64,000 nt of DNA, from the NCBI RefSeq assembly GCF_030704825.1, contig NZ_JAUYNX010000015.1, positions 14,687 through 78,686 of the forward strand, in the 5' to 3' direction. The stretch comes from Brevundimonas sp. (GTDB lineage Bacteria; Pseudomonadota; Alphaproteobacteria; Caulobacterales; Caulobacteraceae). A program made the position numbers and the translations under genes. The notes beneath the pieces are model-generated. The model was given only the letters and a program-made list of their open reading frames with translations, searched no databases and was not told where the DNA came from. The first letter of the stretch is position 1, and each line of letters begins with the position of its first letter. Positions 46,842 to 57,580 of this stretch are shown here, one piece after another.

Positions 46842-49800
46842 TCAGGCGAAGGCGTCGGTCAGGAAGGCGTCGAGTTCTTTCAGGTGCCGGCTCATCAGGC
46901 CCGCGGCGGTCGAAGCCGAGGCCGGGCGACCGACGTAACGGGCGCGCTTCGCCTTCACGTCCAGCTTCTCGAGCGTCAGCTCGATCCACGGGTCGACGAA
47001 GGTCCAGCCGCCCATGTTCTTCGGTTCTTCCTGGCACCAGACCAGTTCGGCGTTGGGGAAGCGGGCCAGTTCGGTCATCAGCGACTTCATCGGCCACGGA
47101 TAGAACTGCTCCAGCCGCATCAGATAGACGTCGTCGATCTGGTCGCGCTCGCGCCGGTCCAGCAGGTCGTAATAGACCTTGCCCGAGCACAGGACGACAC
47201 GGCGGATGTCCTTGTCCGTCCTGATCCCGATGCCAGAGACCTCGGGGCGGGTCTGGGCGTCGTCGTGCAGCACGCGGTGGAAGCTTGATCCCTCGGCCAT
47301 GTCCGCCAGGGTCGAGACGGCCTTCTTGTGCCGCAGCAGCGACTTGGGCGTCATGATGATCAGCGGCTTGCGGAACGGCCGGTGCATCTGGCGACGCAGG
47401 ATGTGGAAATAGTTGGCGGGGGTGGTGCAGTTGGCGACCTGGATATTGTCCTCGGCGCACTGCTGCAGGAAGCGTTCGAGACGGGCCGAGGAATGCTCGG
47501 GTCCCTGTCCCTCGTAGCCGTGCGGCAGCAGCATGGTCAGGCCGCACATGCGCAGCCATTTCCGCTCCCCCGAGGTGATGAACTGATCGATCACCACCTG
47601 GGCGCCGTTCACGAAGTCGCCGAACTGGGCCTCCCACATCACCAGGGTGTTGGGGTCGGTCAGGGCGTAGCCGTATTCGAAGCCCAGCACCGCCTCTTCC
47701 GACAGGGCGGAATCGATCACCTCGAACTCGGCCTGGCCCTCGCCCAGATTGTTGAGCGGGACGTAACGCGCCTCGGTGGTCTGGTCGACGATGCCCGAGT
47801 GGCGCTGGCTGAAGGTGCCGCGCACCGAGTCCTGGCCCGACAGGCGGACCGGGAAACCCTCGTCCAGCAGCGAGGCGAAGGCCAGGCTCTCGGCCGTGGC
47901 CCAGTCGATGTTCTCGCCCGTCGTGATCATCTCGCGCCGGCCGTCCATGACGCGCTTCAGCGTCTTGTGCATGTCGACGTCGTTCGGGATGGTGGTCAGG
48001 CGGTGGCCGAGATCGGTCAGCTTCGCCGCCGGGACCGAGGTCTCGCCGCGGCGCTCATCGCCCTCGGGCAGGCCGATGCCCTGCCACTGGCCGTCCATCC
48101 AGTCGGCCTTGTGGGCCTCGAAGGTCTTGCCGGCCTCGAACTCGGCGTCGAGGAAGGCCTCGAACCGCGCCACCTCCGCGTCCACGGCGGCCTGGTCGAT
48201 CACCCCCTCGGCGATCAGCCGTTCGGCGTAGATCTCGCGCGTCGACTTCAGGGCGCGAATCTTCGAATACATCAGCGGCTGGGTGAAAGTCGGGTCGTCG
48301 CCCTCGTTGTGGCCGAAGCGGCGGTAGCAGAACATGTCCACCACCACGTCCTTGTGGAATTTCTGGCGGAACTCGGTCGCCACCTTGGCGGCGAAGACCA
48401 CCGCTTCCGGGTCGTCGCCGTTGACGTGGAAGATCGGCGCCTGGACCATCAGCGCAACATCCGAGGGATAGGGCGAGGAGCGGCTGTTGCGCGGGCTGGT
48501 GGTGAAACCGATCTGGTTGTTGACGACGAAATGCATCGTCCCGCCGGTGCGGTAGCCCTTCAGTCCCATCAGGGCGAAGCATTCGGCCACCACGCCCTGG
48601 CCGGCGAAGGCCGCGTCGCCGTGGATCAGCAGGGGCATGACCTTGGAGCGGTCCAGCGCCTTCTCCTCGGCGGCGGCGTCAGCCTCGGCGCGCGCCTCCC
48701 GGATATCGAACGCCTGTTTCGCGCGGGCCTTGCCCAGCACCACCGGGTTGACGATCTCGAGGTGCGACGGGTTCGCGGTCAGGGACAGGTGGACGGAGTT
48801 GCCGTCGAACGACCGGTCCGAGCTGGCGCCCATGTGGTATTTGACGTCGCCCGATCCCTCGATGTCCGAAGGCACGGTCGAACCGCCCTGGAACTCGTGG
48901 AAGATGGCGCGGTAGGGCTTGCCCATCACCGCAGCCAGGGTGTTCAGCCGGCCGCGGTGGGCCATGCCGAAGACCACCTCGTCGACGCCCAGGGCGCCGC
49001 CGCGCTTGATGATCTGCTCCAGCGCGGGGACCATGGCCTCGCCGCCGTCCAGGCCGAACCGCTTGGTGCCCGGGAAACGTTTGTGCAGGAAGCGTTCGAA
49101 GCCCTCGGCCTCGATCAGCTTGTTCAGGATGGCCAGCTTGCCCTCGCGGGTGAAGCCGTTGCGGGCGAAGGTGTCCGGCCCCTCGAAGCGCGCCTGCAGC
49201 CAGTTCTTCTCGTCCGGCTCGGCGATGTGCATGAACTGGATGCCCAGCGTGCCGCAATAGGTGCGCTTGAGCAGGGCCATGACCTCGCGGATCGTGCCCG
49301 TCTGCAGGCCCAGCACGCCGTCCAGGAAGATGGGGCGGTCGAGATCGGCCTCGCCGAAGCCGTAGAATTCCGGGGTCAGTTCGGGGTTGCTGGTCGGCTG
49401 CTCGATGCCCAGCGGATCGAGGTTGGCCTGCAGATGGCCGCGTACGCGATAGCTGCGGATCAGCATCAGGGCCCGGATCGAATCGTGGGCGGCGGCGCGC
49501 ACGGCCTCGGCCGAAACGGCGGCGACCGGGGCGGGCGCGGCGGCCGGAGTCGGGGCGCCGGGCTTTTTCGGGTCGGGTTTGGGCGCGGGCCAACGGCCGT
49601 CGAAAACGCCGGTCGATTCGCTCGGCTCGGTCGTGACCGGACGGCCCCAGGACCCGGCGGCGCCCGACGCCTTCACGCTCTCCGCATTGTCGCGCAGCTG
49701 ATCGAAGAAGGCGCGCCACTCGTCGGAAACCGACGCCGGATCGGTCGCCCAACGACCATGCAGGTCCTCGATGAACGAGGCGTTCGAGCCATACAGGAAG

Positions 49801-49847
49801 CTGGTCTCGGCAAAGACCTGGTTCAGCCGACCGGCATCGTCCGCCAT
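46842..49847 (-). CDS. sucA: 2-oxoglutarate dehydrogenase E1
   Basis: GTKRFGLDG, MAHRGRLN, GDVKYHMG, HGDAAFAGQG, WEAQFGDF, HSSARLERF. Confidence 0.97.
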   Translation of the reverse strand: MADDAGRLNQVFAETSFLYGSNASFIEDLHGRWATDPASVSDEWRAFFDQLRDNAESVKASGAAGSWGRPVTTEPSESTGVFDGRWPAPKPDPKKPGAPTPAAAPAPVAAVSAEAVRAAAHDSIRALMLIRSYRVRGHLQANLDPLGIEQPTSNPELTPEFYGFGEADLDRPIFLDGVLGLQTGTIREVMALLKRTYCGTLGIQFMHIAEPDEKNWLQARFEGPDTFARNGFTREGKLAILNKLIEAEGFERFLHKRFPGTKRFGLDGGEAMVPALEQIIKRGGALGVDEVVFGMAHRGRLNTLAAVMGKPYRAIFHEFQGGSTVPSDIEGSGDVKYHMGASSDRSFDGNSVHLSLTANPSHLEIVNPVVLGKARAKQAFDIREARAEADAAAEEKALDRSKVMPLLIHGDAAFAGQGVVAECFALMGLKGYRTGGTMHFVVNNQIGFTTSPRNSRSSPYPSDVALMVQAPIFHVNGDDPEAVVFAAKVATEFRQKFHKDVVVDMFCYRRFGHNEGDDPTFTQPLMYSKIRALKSTREIYAERLIAEGVIDQAAVDAEVARFEAFLDAEFEAGKTFEAHKADWMDGQWQGIGLPEGDERRGETSVPAAKLTDLGHRLTTIPNDVDMHKTLKRVMDGRREMITTGENIDWATAESLAFASLLDEGFPVRLSGQDSVRGTFSQRHSGIVDQTTEARYVPLNNLGEGQAEFEVIDSALSEEAVLGFEYGYALTDPNTLVMWEAQFGDFVNGAQVVIDQFITSGERKWLRMCGLTMLLPHGYEGQGPEHSSARLERFLQQCAEDNIQVANCTTPANYFHILRRQMHRPFRKPLIIMTPKSLLRHKKAVSTLADMAEGSSFHRVLHDDAQTRPEVSGIGIRTDKDIRRVVLCSGKVYYDLLDRRERDQIDDVYLMRLEQFYPWPMKSLMTELARFPNAELVWCQEEPKNMGGWTFVDPWIELTLEKLDVKAKRARYVGRPASASTAAGLMSRHLKELDAFLTDAFA

Positions 49848-49904
49848 TGTTCTCGTCGCGTCCCTTGGGCGGCGCGCGCACCCCTGCGCGAAACCGGCGC
49901 CGCT

Positions 49905-49982
49905 GATATAGGCGCTGTTTCCTTATGGGTCATGACCGAATGGGGGCGAAAAGGTCGAAAATCGGCGAAATTCCGGGAAATT
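49905..49982 (-). promoter_or_regulatory. Internal sucAB promoter with upstream phased A-tracts
   Basis: Minus strand ATGACC-N17-TATATC (49933-49905); GAAA(A/TT) tracts start at 49948, 49957, 49967, 49977. Confidence 0.55.
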
Positions 49983-50023
49983 CGACAGTTTGATGCCCCA
50001 CCACCGGGACATCGAGGAGCCTC

Positions 50024-50686
50024 CTATTCGGCCTCCGCTGGCTCCTCGGGAAGGGCGGAGCTCATGGTGATCGACAGGCCGGCGAAGCCCGGGGCGATGC
50101 CCATTCCGCCTCCTTCGTGGACAAAACCCATATGCACCTCTCCGGTGCCTGGCATCATGTGATGGACGTTCCAGGTGCCGCCGCTGATCTGCCCCGGCGC
50201 GTCGATGAACTGCACCGGCCCGGCCCCCACCCAGGCGTTCATGACAGCATTATCGATGGGGCCGGTCGCTTCGAAATCCCAGAGGCCGCAGCCCAGTGTG
50301 TCCCACGAAAGGGCTCGCTCCCACGACTGGATGACCCCGTCGCCGTCACTGTCCTCCGTGTCGCCGATCATGGCGTGGACGCGGTTGAGCACAAGGTGAA
50401 GCCGCAGGCCGTCACGGGTCCGGCCCCAGACGCTGAAGTCGAGCGTCATCTCAAGTTCCGGATCGTCGACTTCTGCTCGTGCGCGCGCCATGGCGGCGGC
50501 CAGTCGCGGATGGTCGTCGTCGGCTACCTGCTCCCAGCCGTCGGCGGCTAGCGCCTCGGTCGCCTTGGCCATATCCTGACGATGGGGCACGCATGCCGCC
50601 TTGAACGCCTCCAGCCGCGGGTCGGTCGGCGGCGGCGGGAGGTCCGCCCCGGCCGCCAGCGCCAGTACCGAAATCCATCCGATCAT
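50024..50686 (-). CDS. Secreted hypothetical protein inserted between sucD and sucA
   Basis: AGGAGG SD; N-terminal hydrophobic leader; two Cys; DSDGDG EF-hand-like loop. Confidence 0.7.
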   Translation of the reverse strand: MIGWISVLALAAGADLPPPPTDPRLEAFKAACVPHRQDMAKATEALAADGWEQVADDDHPRLAAAMARARAEVDDPELEMTLDFSVWGRTRDGLRLHLVLNRVHAMIGDTEDSDGDGVIQSWERALSWDTLGCGLWDFEATGPIDNAVMNAWVGAGPVQFIDAPGQISGGTWNVHHMMPGTGEVHMGFVHEGGGMGIAPGFAGLSITMSSALPEEPAEAE

Positions 50687-50752
50687 CGATGCGCCCTCCT
50701 AAGGTTCGCATCATCCTGACCAGAGGAGCCCGGGCCGTCCCCTGTCGATACC

Positions 50753-51655
50753 TTACCCCTTGAGCACTTCGACCAGGGTCGCCCCCAGACGCGCCGGCGA
50801 ATCCGACACGCGGATGCCCGCGGCCTGCATGGCGGCGATCTTGGATTCCGCGTCGCCCTTGCCGCCGCTGACGACCGCGCCGGCGTGGCCCATGGTCCGG
50901 CCCTTGGGGGCGGTGCGGCCGGCGATGAAGCCGACCATCGGCTTGGAGCGGCCCTTCTTCGCCTCGTCGATCAGGAACTGGGCCGCGTCCTCCTCGGCCC
51001 CGCCGCCGATCTCGCCGATCATGACGATCGACTGCGTCTCGGGGTCGGCCAGGAACAGCTCCAGCACGTCGATGAATTCGGTGCCCTTGACCGGGTCGCC
51101 GCCGATGCCGACGGCCGTGGTCTGGCCCAGGCCCTCGTTGGTGGTCTGGAACACCGCCTCATAGGTCAGGGTGCCCGAGCGCGAGACTATGCCGACATTG
51201 CCCTTCTTGAAGATCGAGCCCGGCATGATGCCGATCTTGCACTCTTCCGGGGTCAGGATGCCGGGGCAGTTGGGGCCCAGCAGGCGCGACTTGGAGCGGT
51301 CCAGCCGCGCCTTGACCCGCACCATGTCCAGCACCGGAATGCCCTCGGTGATGCAGGTGATGAACGGCACCTCGGCCTCGATGGCCTCGAGGATGGCGTC
51401 CGCGGCGCCCGCCGGCGGGACATAGATGACCGAGGCGTCGGCGCCGGTGGCTTCCTTCGCCTCGGCGACCGAGGCGTAGATCGGCAGGCTCTCGCCCTCC
51501 GACCCGTGCCAGATCTCGCCGCCCTTCCTGGGGTGGACGCCCCCGACCATCTGCGTGCCGTAGTAGCGCAGCGCCTGTTCGGTGTGGAAGGTGCCGGTCT
51601 TGCCGGTCAGGCCCTGGACGATGACCTTGGTGTTCTTGTCGACGAGGATGGACAT
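50753..51655 (-). CDS. sucD: Succinyl-CoA synthetase alpha subunit
   Basis: [38 protein letters not shown]. Confidence 0.97.
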   Translation of the reverse strand: MSILVDKNTKVIVQGLTGKTGTFHTEQALRYYGTQMVGGVHPRKGGEIWHGSEGESLPIYASVAEAKEATGADASVIYVPPAGAADAILEAIEAEVPFITCITEGIPVLDMVRVKARLDRSKSRLLGPNCPGILTPEECKIGIMPGSIFKKGNVGIVSRSGTLTYEAVFQTTNEGLGQTTAVGIGGDPVKGTEFIDVLELFLADPETQSIVMIGEIGGGAEEDAAQFLIDEAKKGRSKPMVGFIAGRTAPKGRTMGHAGAVVSGGKGDAESKIAAMQAAGIRVSDSPARLGATLVEVLKG

Positions 51656-51679
51656 TTTAAGCGGTTCCGAAGGCGAGAT

Positions 51680-52200
51680 CTATTGGGCGCTGATGGTCGA
51701 CGGACGCGTGAAACGTACGGTCAAGCCCGAGCGGTACAGGTCGTAGGACAATGAAAGTCGAGCAGAGCTGTCGGTTGACCACGCCCGCGCCTCAAGCGAA
51801 TTCGGCCTCTCGACCGCTGGCGCTGGACTCATCTCGAGCTCCAGGGCGAGGGCTTCAAGGGCGGATCGCCAGTCGACATCTGGCTCAGTGGCGGCCACTC
51901 CGCAGGACGTCGCGTGCGAGGAATCGGTGCCTCCGGTTTCCCCTGACATCCAGAACTGCATGCCGGTCGCCTTCATCCCATACATGGTCTCCCACGTTTG
52001 AGAGTCCTGCGGCTCGCCGGCCCTGACGATGCGTAAAAGCCGTTCTCCACCGCGCTCCGCAGCCAGTCGATCGAAAGGCTCCCGACGCATCTCGGTCACC
52101 AGGCAGAGTTCGCGGAGCAGATCGACCTGCGTCTGAGCCAGACTCGGCCCAGCGAACGTCGCGCAGCCCGCGACCATCAGAACCAGGAGCGACGGCTTCA

Positions 52201-52201
<1 letters not shown>
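51680..52201 (-). CDS. Secreted hypothetical protein inserted between sucC and sucD
   Basis: ATG overlaps the sucC stop (TGATG); signal peptide ending SLA; two Cys in the mature part; codon choice looks less GC3-skewed than neighbours by eye. Confidence 0.65.
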
Positions 52202-53391
<1,190 letters not shown>

Positions 53392-53580
53392 GGATGCCGC
53401 CGAACCGCTGGGAGGAGTTGCGGCGCTTATAGGCGGCGCGCCTTCGCACGCGCAACCGTGGACGCCCCTTGCTCCGGAAACGGGCGGATCGCGGTCTCCC
53501 CATCGAGGTCCCGCGGGTCCGCACGAACCGGAACCATGGCCTCGGCGCCTCGCGTCCCGACGGGATATCCCGGGGCTTCG

Positions 53581-53600
53581 CCCCGGTCCCGGGACCGGGG
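53581..53600. terminator. Perfect 20 bp palindrome downstream of phyR (possible terminator)
   Basis: ccccggtcccgggaccgggg, 21 nt after the phyR stop; no clear T-tract. Confidence 0.4.
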
Positions 53601-53620
53601 CTATTCCGGGGAGGAAGGGC

Positions 53621-54418
53621 TTACGCCGCCGCCTTCTGACGCGACGGATGGAAGAACAGGGCCTGGCTGATCGCCGCCTTCACCGTCTCTGGCTGGAAGG
53701 GCTTGGTGATCAGGAAGGTCGGTTCGGGCCGTTCGCCCGTGAGCAGCCGTTCGGGGAAGGCGGTGATGAAGATCACCGGAACATCGATCCGCTTGAGGAT
53801 GTCCTTGACCGCGTCGATCCCGGACGAGCCGTCGGCCAGCTGGATGTCGGCCAGCACCAGGCCGGGGCGATGGCGGGCGACCGCATCGACGGCCTCGTCA
53901 TGGGTGATGGCGGTGCCGGTGACGCGGTGCCCCAGTTCCTTGACCAGGCTTTCGATGTCGGCCGCGATGATGGCCTCGTCCTCGATGATCAGGACGTCGG
54001 TGGCCAGTTCCGCGTCGATGTCGGACTGGGCTTCCGAGATCAGCCGTTCCACGTCATGGGCGTCGGCGTCGAGAATCTGGGCGGCCTCCGAAGGAGTGAA
54101 CCCCTCGAGCGCGGTGAGGAGGAAGGCTTGGCGGGAGCGCGGCGCGATCCGCATCAGGCGGCGCGAGGCGTCGTCGCCCCGCCCTTCCAGGCCGCTCTTG
54201 TCCTCGAGCTGGGCGCCCGTGGTGGTCCAGATGGCGTGGAAGACATGGTAGAGCGCCACGCGCGGCGTCATGTCGGCCGGCAGTTGGCGTTCGCCCGCGG
54301 CCAGCGCCTCCAGCGCCACCCGGACATAGTTGTCGCCCGTCATCTGATCGCCGGTCAGCGCCCGGGCGTAACGGCGGACGTAGGGAAGATGCGGCGCAAG
54401 GCGGGCCAGCAGGCTCAT
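53621..54418 (-). CDS. phyR: Anti-anti-sigma factor PhyR
   Basis: N-terminal sigma-like domain ([13 protein letters not shown]) plus C-terminal receiver ([24 protein letters not shown]). Confidence 0.95.
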   Translation of the reverse strand: MSLLARLAPHLPYVRRYARALTGDQMTGDNYVRVALEALAAGERQLPADMTPRVALYHVFHAIWTTTGAQLEDKSGLEGRGDDASRRLMRIAPRSRQAFLLTALEGFTPSEAAQILDADAHDVERLISEAQSDIDAELATDVLIIEDEAIIAADIESLVKELGHRVTGTAITHDEAVDAVARHRPGLVLADIQLADGSSGIDAVKDILKRIDVPVIFITAFPERLLTGERPEPTFLITKPFQPETVKAAISQALFFHPSRQKAAA

Positions 54419-54476
54419 GTACTAAAATCCCCGACATTAATGAGGGTCCGACCATGGAACCTCAGCAGTTCGGGTC

Positions 54477-54501
54477 AACGTATCAAATCGGCCACGGTTC
54501 C
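54477..54501 (-). promoter_or_regulatory. SigT/EcfG promoter of phyR
   Basis: Minus strand GGAAC-N16-CGTT. Confidence 0.85.
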
Positions 54502-54542
54502 CGTCCCGCGCCCAAGCTTGAGCATTAATCGTTCGTCACCTA

Positions 54543-54567
54543 GGAACCGCCCTCGCGGGCCGGCGTT
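54543..54567 (+). promoter_or_regulatory. SigT/EcfG promoter of nepR-sigT
   Basis: GGAAC-N16-CGTT. Confidence 0.85.
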
Positions 54568-54612
54568 CCGGCACTCGCAACAACTATCGTCAGGGTGGCG
54601 GCCGTTTTCTCT

Positions 54613-54810
54613 ATGACAGACAATTCCAATCCTCCCGGCAAGCCGCCCAAGGGCGGCGCAGGCCTGGAGGAAGCGCGACTTCGCCAGCAGGCCATCGGCG
54701 TCAAGCTGCGCCACATGTTCGACGAGGTCGTGAACGAGCCGGTGCCGGACGAGTTTCTCGATATCCTGCGCCGCGCCGACGACCGGGCCTCCGGCGAGGG
54801 CGGCTCATGA
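54613..54810 (+). CDS. nepR: Anti-sigma factor NepR
   Basis: QQAIGVKLRHMFDEVVNEPVPDEFLDIL; coupled to the sigma factor gene. Confidence 0.92.
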   Translation: MTDNSNPPGKPPKGGAGLEEARLRQQAIGVKLRHMFDEVVNEPVPDEFLDILRRADDRASGEGGS

Positions 54811-55418
54811 GCGGAACCTCCAGTCCGCCGCCGAAACCGCCCTCAGCCGACGACGACGCCTTCAAGCGGGAGCTCGTCACGCTGATTCCACATCTGCGGG
54901 CTTTCGCGCGCACCCTCACCGGCGATCCCACGGCGGCGGACGATCTCGCCCAGGACGCCATGATGAAGGCGTGGGACGCGCGGGCCAGCTACCAGATGGG
55001 CACCAACATGAAGGCCTGGACCTTCATGATCCTGCGCAATCAATTTTACTCGGAAAAGCGCCGCTCGTGGCGCCAGTCGCAGCTGGACCAGGAGGCCGCC
55101 GAACGCACCCTGGTGGCGGTCGACGACCCGGAATCGCCGGTGGCGCTCGACGAGCTTCGGCTGGCCCTGGCCACCCTGCCGGAAGAGCAGCGCGAGGCCC
55201 TGATCCTGGTCGGCGCCGGCGGCTTCGCCTACGAGGAGGCGGCCGAAATCTGCCAATGCGCCGTGGGTACGGTGAAGAGCCGTGTGTCGCGGGCGCGCAA
55301 GGCCCTGCAGGCCACGCTGGAAAAGGGTGGATACGCCCGCGACGGTCGCGCCGCGGGCGACGCCATGCGATCGATCCTGGCCGCCGCGGACCGCCTGAGC
55401 AGCGTCCGGCAAGGCTGA
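54807..55418 (+). CDS. sigT: ECF sigma factor EcfG/SigT
   Basis: LRAFARTL...ADDLAQD...GTNMKAWTFMILRN...REALILVGAGG..YEEAA...GTVKSRVSRAR. Confidence 0.92.
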   Translation: MSGTSSPPPKPPSADDDAFKRELVTLIPHLRAFARTLTGDPTAADDLAQDAMMKAWDARASYQMGTNMKAWTFMILRNQFYSEKRRSWRQSQLDQEAAERTLVAVDDPESPVALDELRLALATLPEEQREALILVGAGGFAYEEAAEICQCAVGTVKSRVSRARKALQATLEKGGYARDGRAAGDAMRSILAAADRLSSVRQG

Positions 55419-55422
55419 GGCC

Positions 55423-57195
55423 GTGGTCCGGCTTGGCCGAGCGCTCGGACGCGGTCTGGCTCCGCCGAAGTTTCAGGGAATCCGGTTCCGACTGGGCCTG
55501 TGGCTGGCCGCCGCCCTGTTGCCCGTCCTGGTCCTCGGCGCCTTCCAGACCCAGTCGGCCTTCCGCGCCCAGGATCTTGAGCGGCGCTCCGACCTGCAGC
55601 TCGCCGCGGAACGGGCCGCCGCCAGCGCCAAGGCCCGCCTGGACAGCACCGGGGTGTTGCTGCAGGCGCTGCGGCCCGAGGCGCTGGAGGTGTTCTGCGA
55701 GCCGCGCCTGACCGACCTTGTCGAACGGCTGGACGATCTGGACGGTCTGGCCCGATTGACAGCCACGGGTCAGCCCGATTGCGCCTCGGCGAGTCTGGTC
55801 GCCGCGCGGCCGGCCTGGATGGAACAGGCCCGCGCCACGCCGTGGTTCGAGCGGCTTCGCGCGGGTGAGAGTACGGTGCTGGCGCGCGCGCCCGCCACCG
55901 GGGGGCGGCCGCCTGGCCTGATCGTCGCCATCCGGCTGGAACGGCCGATGGGCCGATTCGACGGGGCCATGGCGGCCCTGATCCCGCTGTCGAGCCTGCA
56001 GCCCGATGTCGAGGACCCCGCCTTGCCGGAGGCCTCCGAGGCGGCGCTGACCGACGCCGAAGGCCGGCTTCTCACCGCCACCGACAGCGCTGCCTTCACC
56101 CTGACGGGGGGCGTCAGCCTGACCGGTTGGGTCGAAAGGGCGCGATCGGACGCCTCCGGCATCTTCGAAGCCGAGAACGCCGCCGGCCGCCGGCGGGTCT
56201 ATGCCGGCGCGGCCCTGGCCGGCCGCGACGTCTACGCCCTGCTATCGGCGCCGGCGCCCGGCCTGCTGTCCTGGGCGCGGCTGAACCCGGTCGGCGCCCT
56301 GTTCATGCCGCTGCTGACCTGGCTCATCGCCTTCTCGGCGGTGATGCTGGTCAGCGAGCGGATCGTCATCCGCTGGCTGGGCTATCTGGAGCGGGTCGCG
56401 GCCATCTATGCGAGAGGGCGGTTCTCGGTTCGGCCCGTGCAGGCCATTAACGCCCCCGCCGAGATTCGCGTTCTGGCGCGCACCCTGGACGAACTGGCCG
56501 AATCCATCGCCGCCCGCGACGCGGCCCTGACGGCCTCGCTGGCCGAGAAGGACGCGCTGATGCGCGAGATTCACCACCGGGTGAAGAACAATCTGCAGAT
56601 CATCTCGTCGCTGCTGTCGATGCAGCAGCGCGCCCTGACCGATCCGAAATCCAAGGCGGCCGTGGGCGACACGCGCCAGCGCATCTCGGCGCTCGCCCTG
56701 ATCTACCGCACCCTCTACCAAAGCGACGACCTGCGCTTCGCCGACGCCCGGATCTTCCTGACCGAACTGGTCGGCCAACTGGTCGCCAGCGAGTCCGGGC
56801 GGGGTCAGCTGGTCACCTCGTCGGTCGAGGCCGATTCCCTCGTGGTCGATCCGGACAAGCTGGCCCCCCTGGCCCTGTGGCTGGTCGAAGCGGTCACCAA
56901 CGCCCAGAAGCACGCCTTCGCCGGACGCGGCGGCGATCTGAAAGTGCGTTTCTCGGTGCGGGGCGACACCAGCGTGCTGGAGGTGCAGGATGACGGGCCG
57001 GGCGTCAGCGAGACCCTCCGCGCCGGCGTCGGCCGCACCCTGATGGGCGCCTTCGCCAAACAGTTGCGCGGCGAGGTGGAAATGGTTCCGGCGGAGGGTG
57101 GCGGGACGATCGCCCGGATGACCTTCGCCACGCCCGAGGCCGTGGCCCCGACGGACCCGGCTGATCTTGGAACCCCGGCCGGTCCGCGACGTTGA
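55423..57195 (+). CDS. phyK: HisKA_2 membrane sensor kinase of the general stress response (PhyK-like)
   Basis: EIHHRVKNNLQ H-box; two TM segments with a periplasmic domain carrying two Cys; position directly after sigT. Confidence 0.75.
   Translation: MVRLGRALGRGLAPPKFQGIRFRLGLWLAAALLPVLVLGAFQTQSAFRAQDLERRSDLQLAAERAAASAKARLDSTGVLLQALRPEALEVFCEPRLTDLVERLDDLDGLARLTATGQPDCASASLVAARPAWMEQARATPWFERLRAGESTVLARAPATGGRPPGLIVAIRLERPMGRFDGAMAALIPLSSLQPDVEDPALPEASEAALTDAEGRLLTATDSAAFTLTGGVSLTGWVERARSDASGIFEAENAAGRRRVYAGAALAGRDVYALLSAPAPGLLSWARLNPVGALFMPLLTWLIAFSAVMLVSERIVIRWLGYLERVAAIYARGRFSVRPVQAINAPAEIRVLARTLDELAESIAARDAALTASLAEKDALMREIHHRVKNNLQIISSLLSMQQRALTDPKSKAAVGDTRQRISALALIYRTLYQSDDLRFADARIFLTELVGQLVASESGRGQLVTSSVEADSLVVDPDKLAPLALWLVEAVTNAQKHAFAGRGGDLKVRFSVRGDTSVLEVQDDGPGVSETLRAGVGRTLMGAFAKQLRGEVEMVPAEGGGTIARMTFATPEAVAPTDPADLGTPAGPRR
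57169..57193 (+). promoter_or_regulatory. SigT/EcfG promoter of the entericidin gene, inside the kinase 3' end
   Basis: GGAAC-N16-CGTT. Confidence 0.8.
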
Positions 57196-57235
57196 TACCC
57201 GTGAGGCGCTCCCCCGACCTCGAGGAGTTCGACCC

Positions 57236-57373
57236 ATGCGTAAACTGTTTGTCCTGTTCGCCGCCGCCGCCGCCCTGACGACCGCCGCCTGCAATACCGT
57301 TTCGGGCGTGGGCCGTGACGCATCCGCCGCCGGCGACGCTGTCACCGAGGCTGCCGAAGACGCCAAGACCTGA
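57236..57373 (+). CDS. Entericidin A/B family lipoprotein
   Basis: GAGGAG SD; MRKLFVLF...TAACNTVSGVGRDASAAGDAV. Confidence 0.9.
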   Translation: MRKLFVLFAAAAALTTAACNTVSGVGRDASAAGDAVTEAAEDAKT

Positions 57374-57424
57374 GGTTTCCCTGTTCCCGGCCGCGCTTCC
57401 CCCCCGACATGCGGTCCGGTTGAA

Positions 57425-57460
57425 GAAGGCCCGCCGGCATCCCCCCGCCGGCGGGCCTTC
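57425..57460. terminator. Hairpin after the entericidin gene
   Basis: gaaggcccgccggc-atcccccc-gccggcgggccttc, 14 bp perfect stem. Confidence 0.7.
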
Positions 57461-57580
57461 GCTATTTCGGGACCTCCACGCCCCGGGATCGCGTCGGCTA
57501 TTTGCGCCGGGGCCGGGCCCGTCTAGCATTCCCCGGACAGGCGCCCGCAGAGGCGCCGGGACACGCGGGGAGGCGGTCGA

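Noticed and set aside
54421-54540. TTAA words in the phyR-nepR gap as CtrA sites
   Set aside because: Isolated half-sites without TTAA-N7-TTAA spacing; the region is explained by two SigT promoters.
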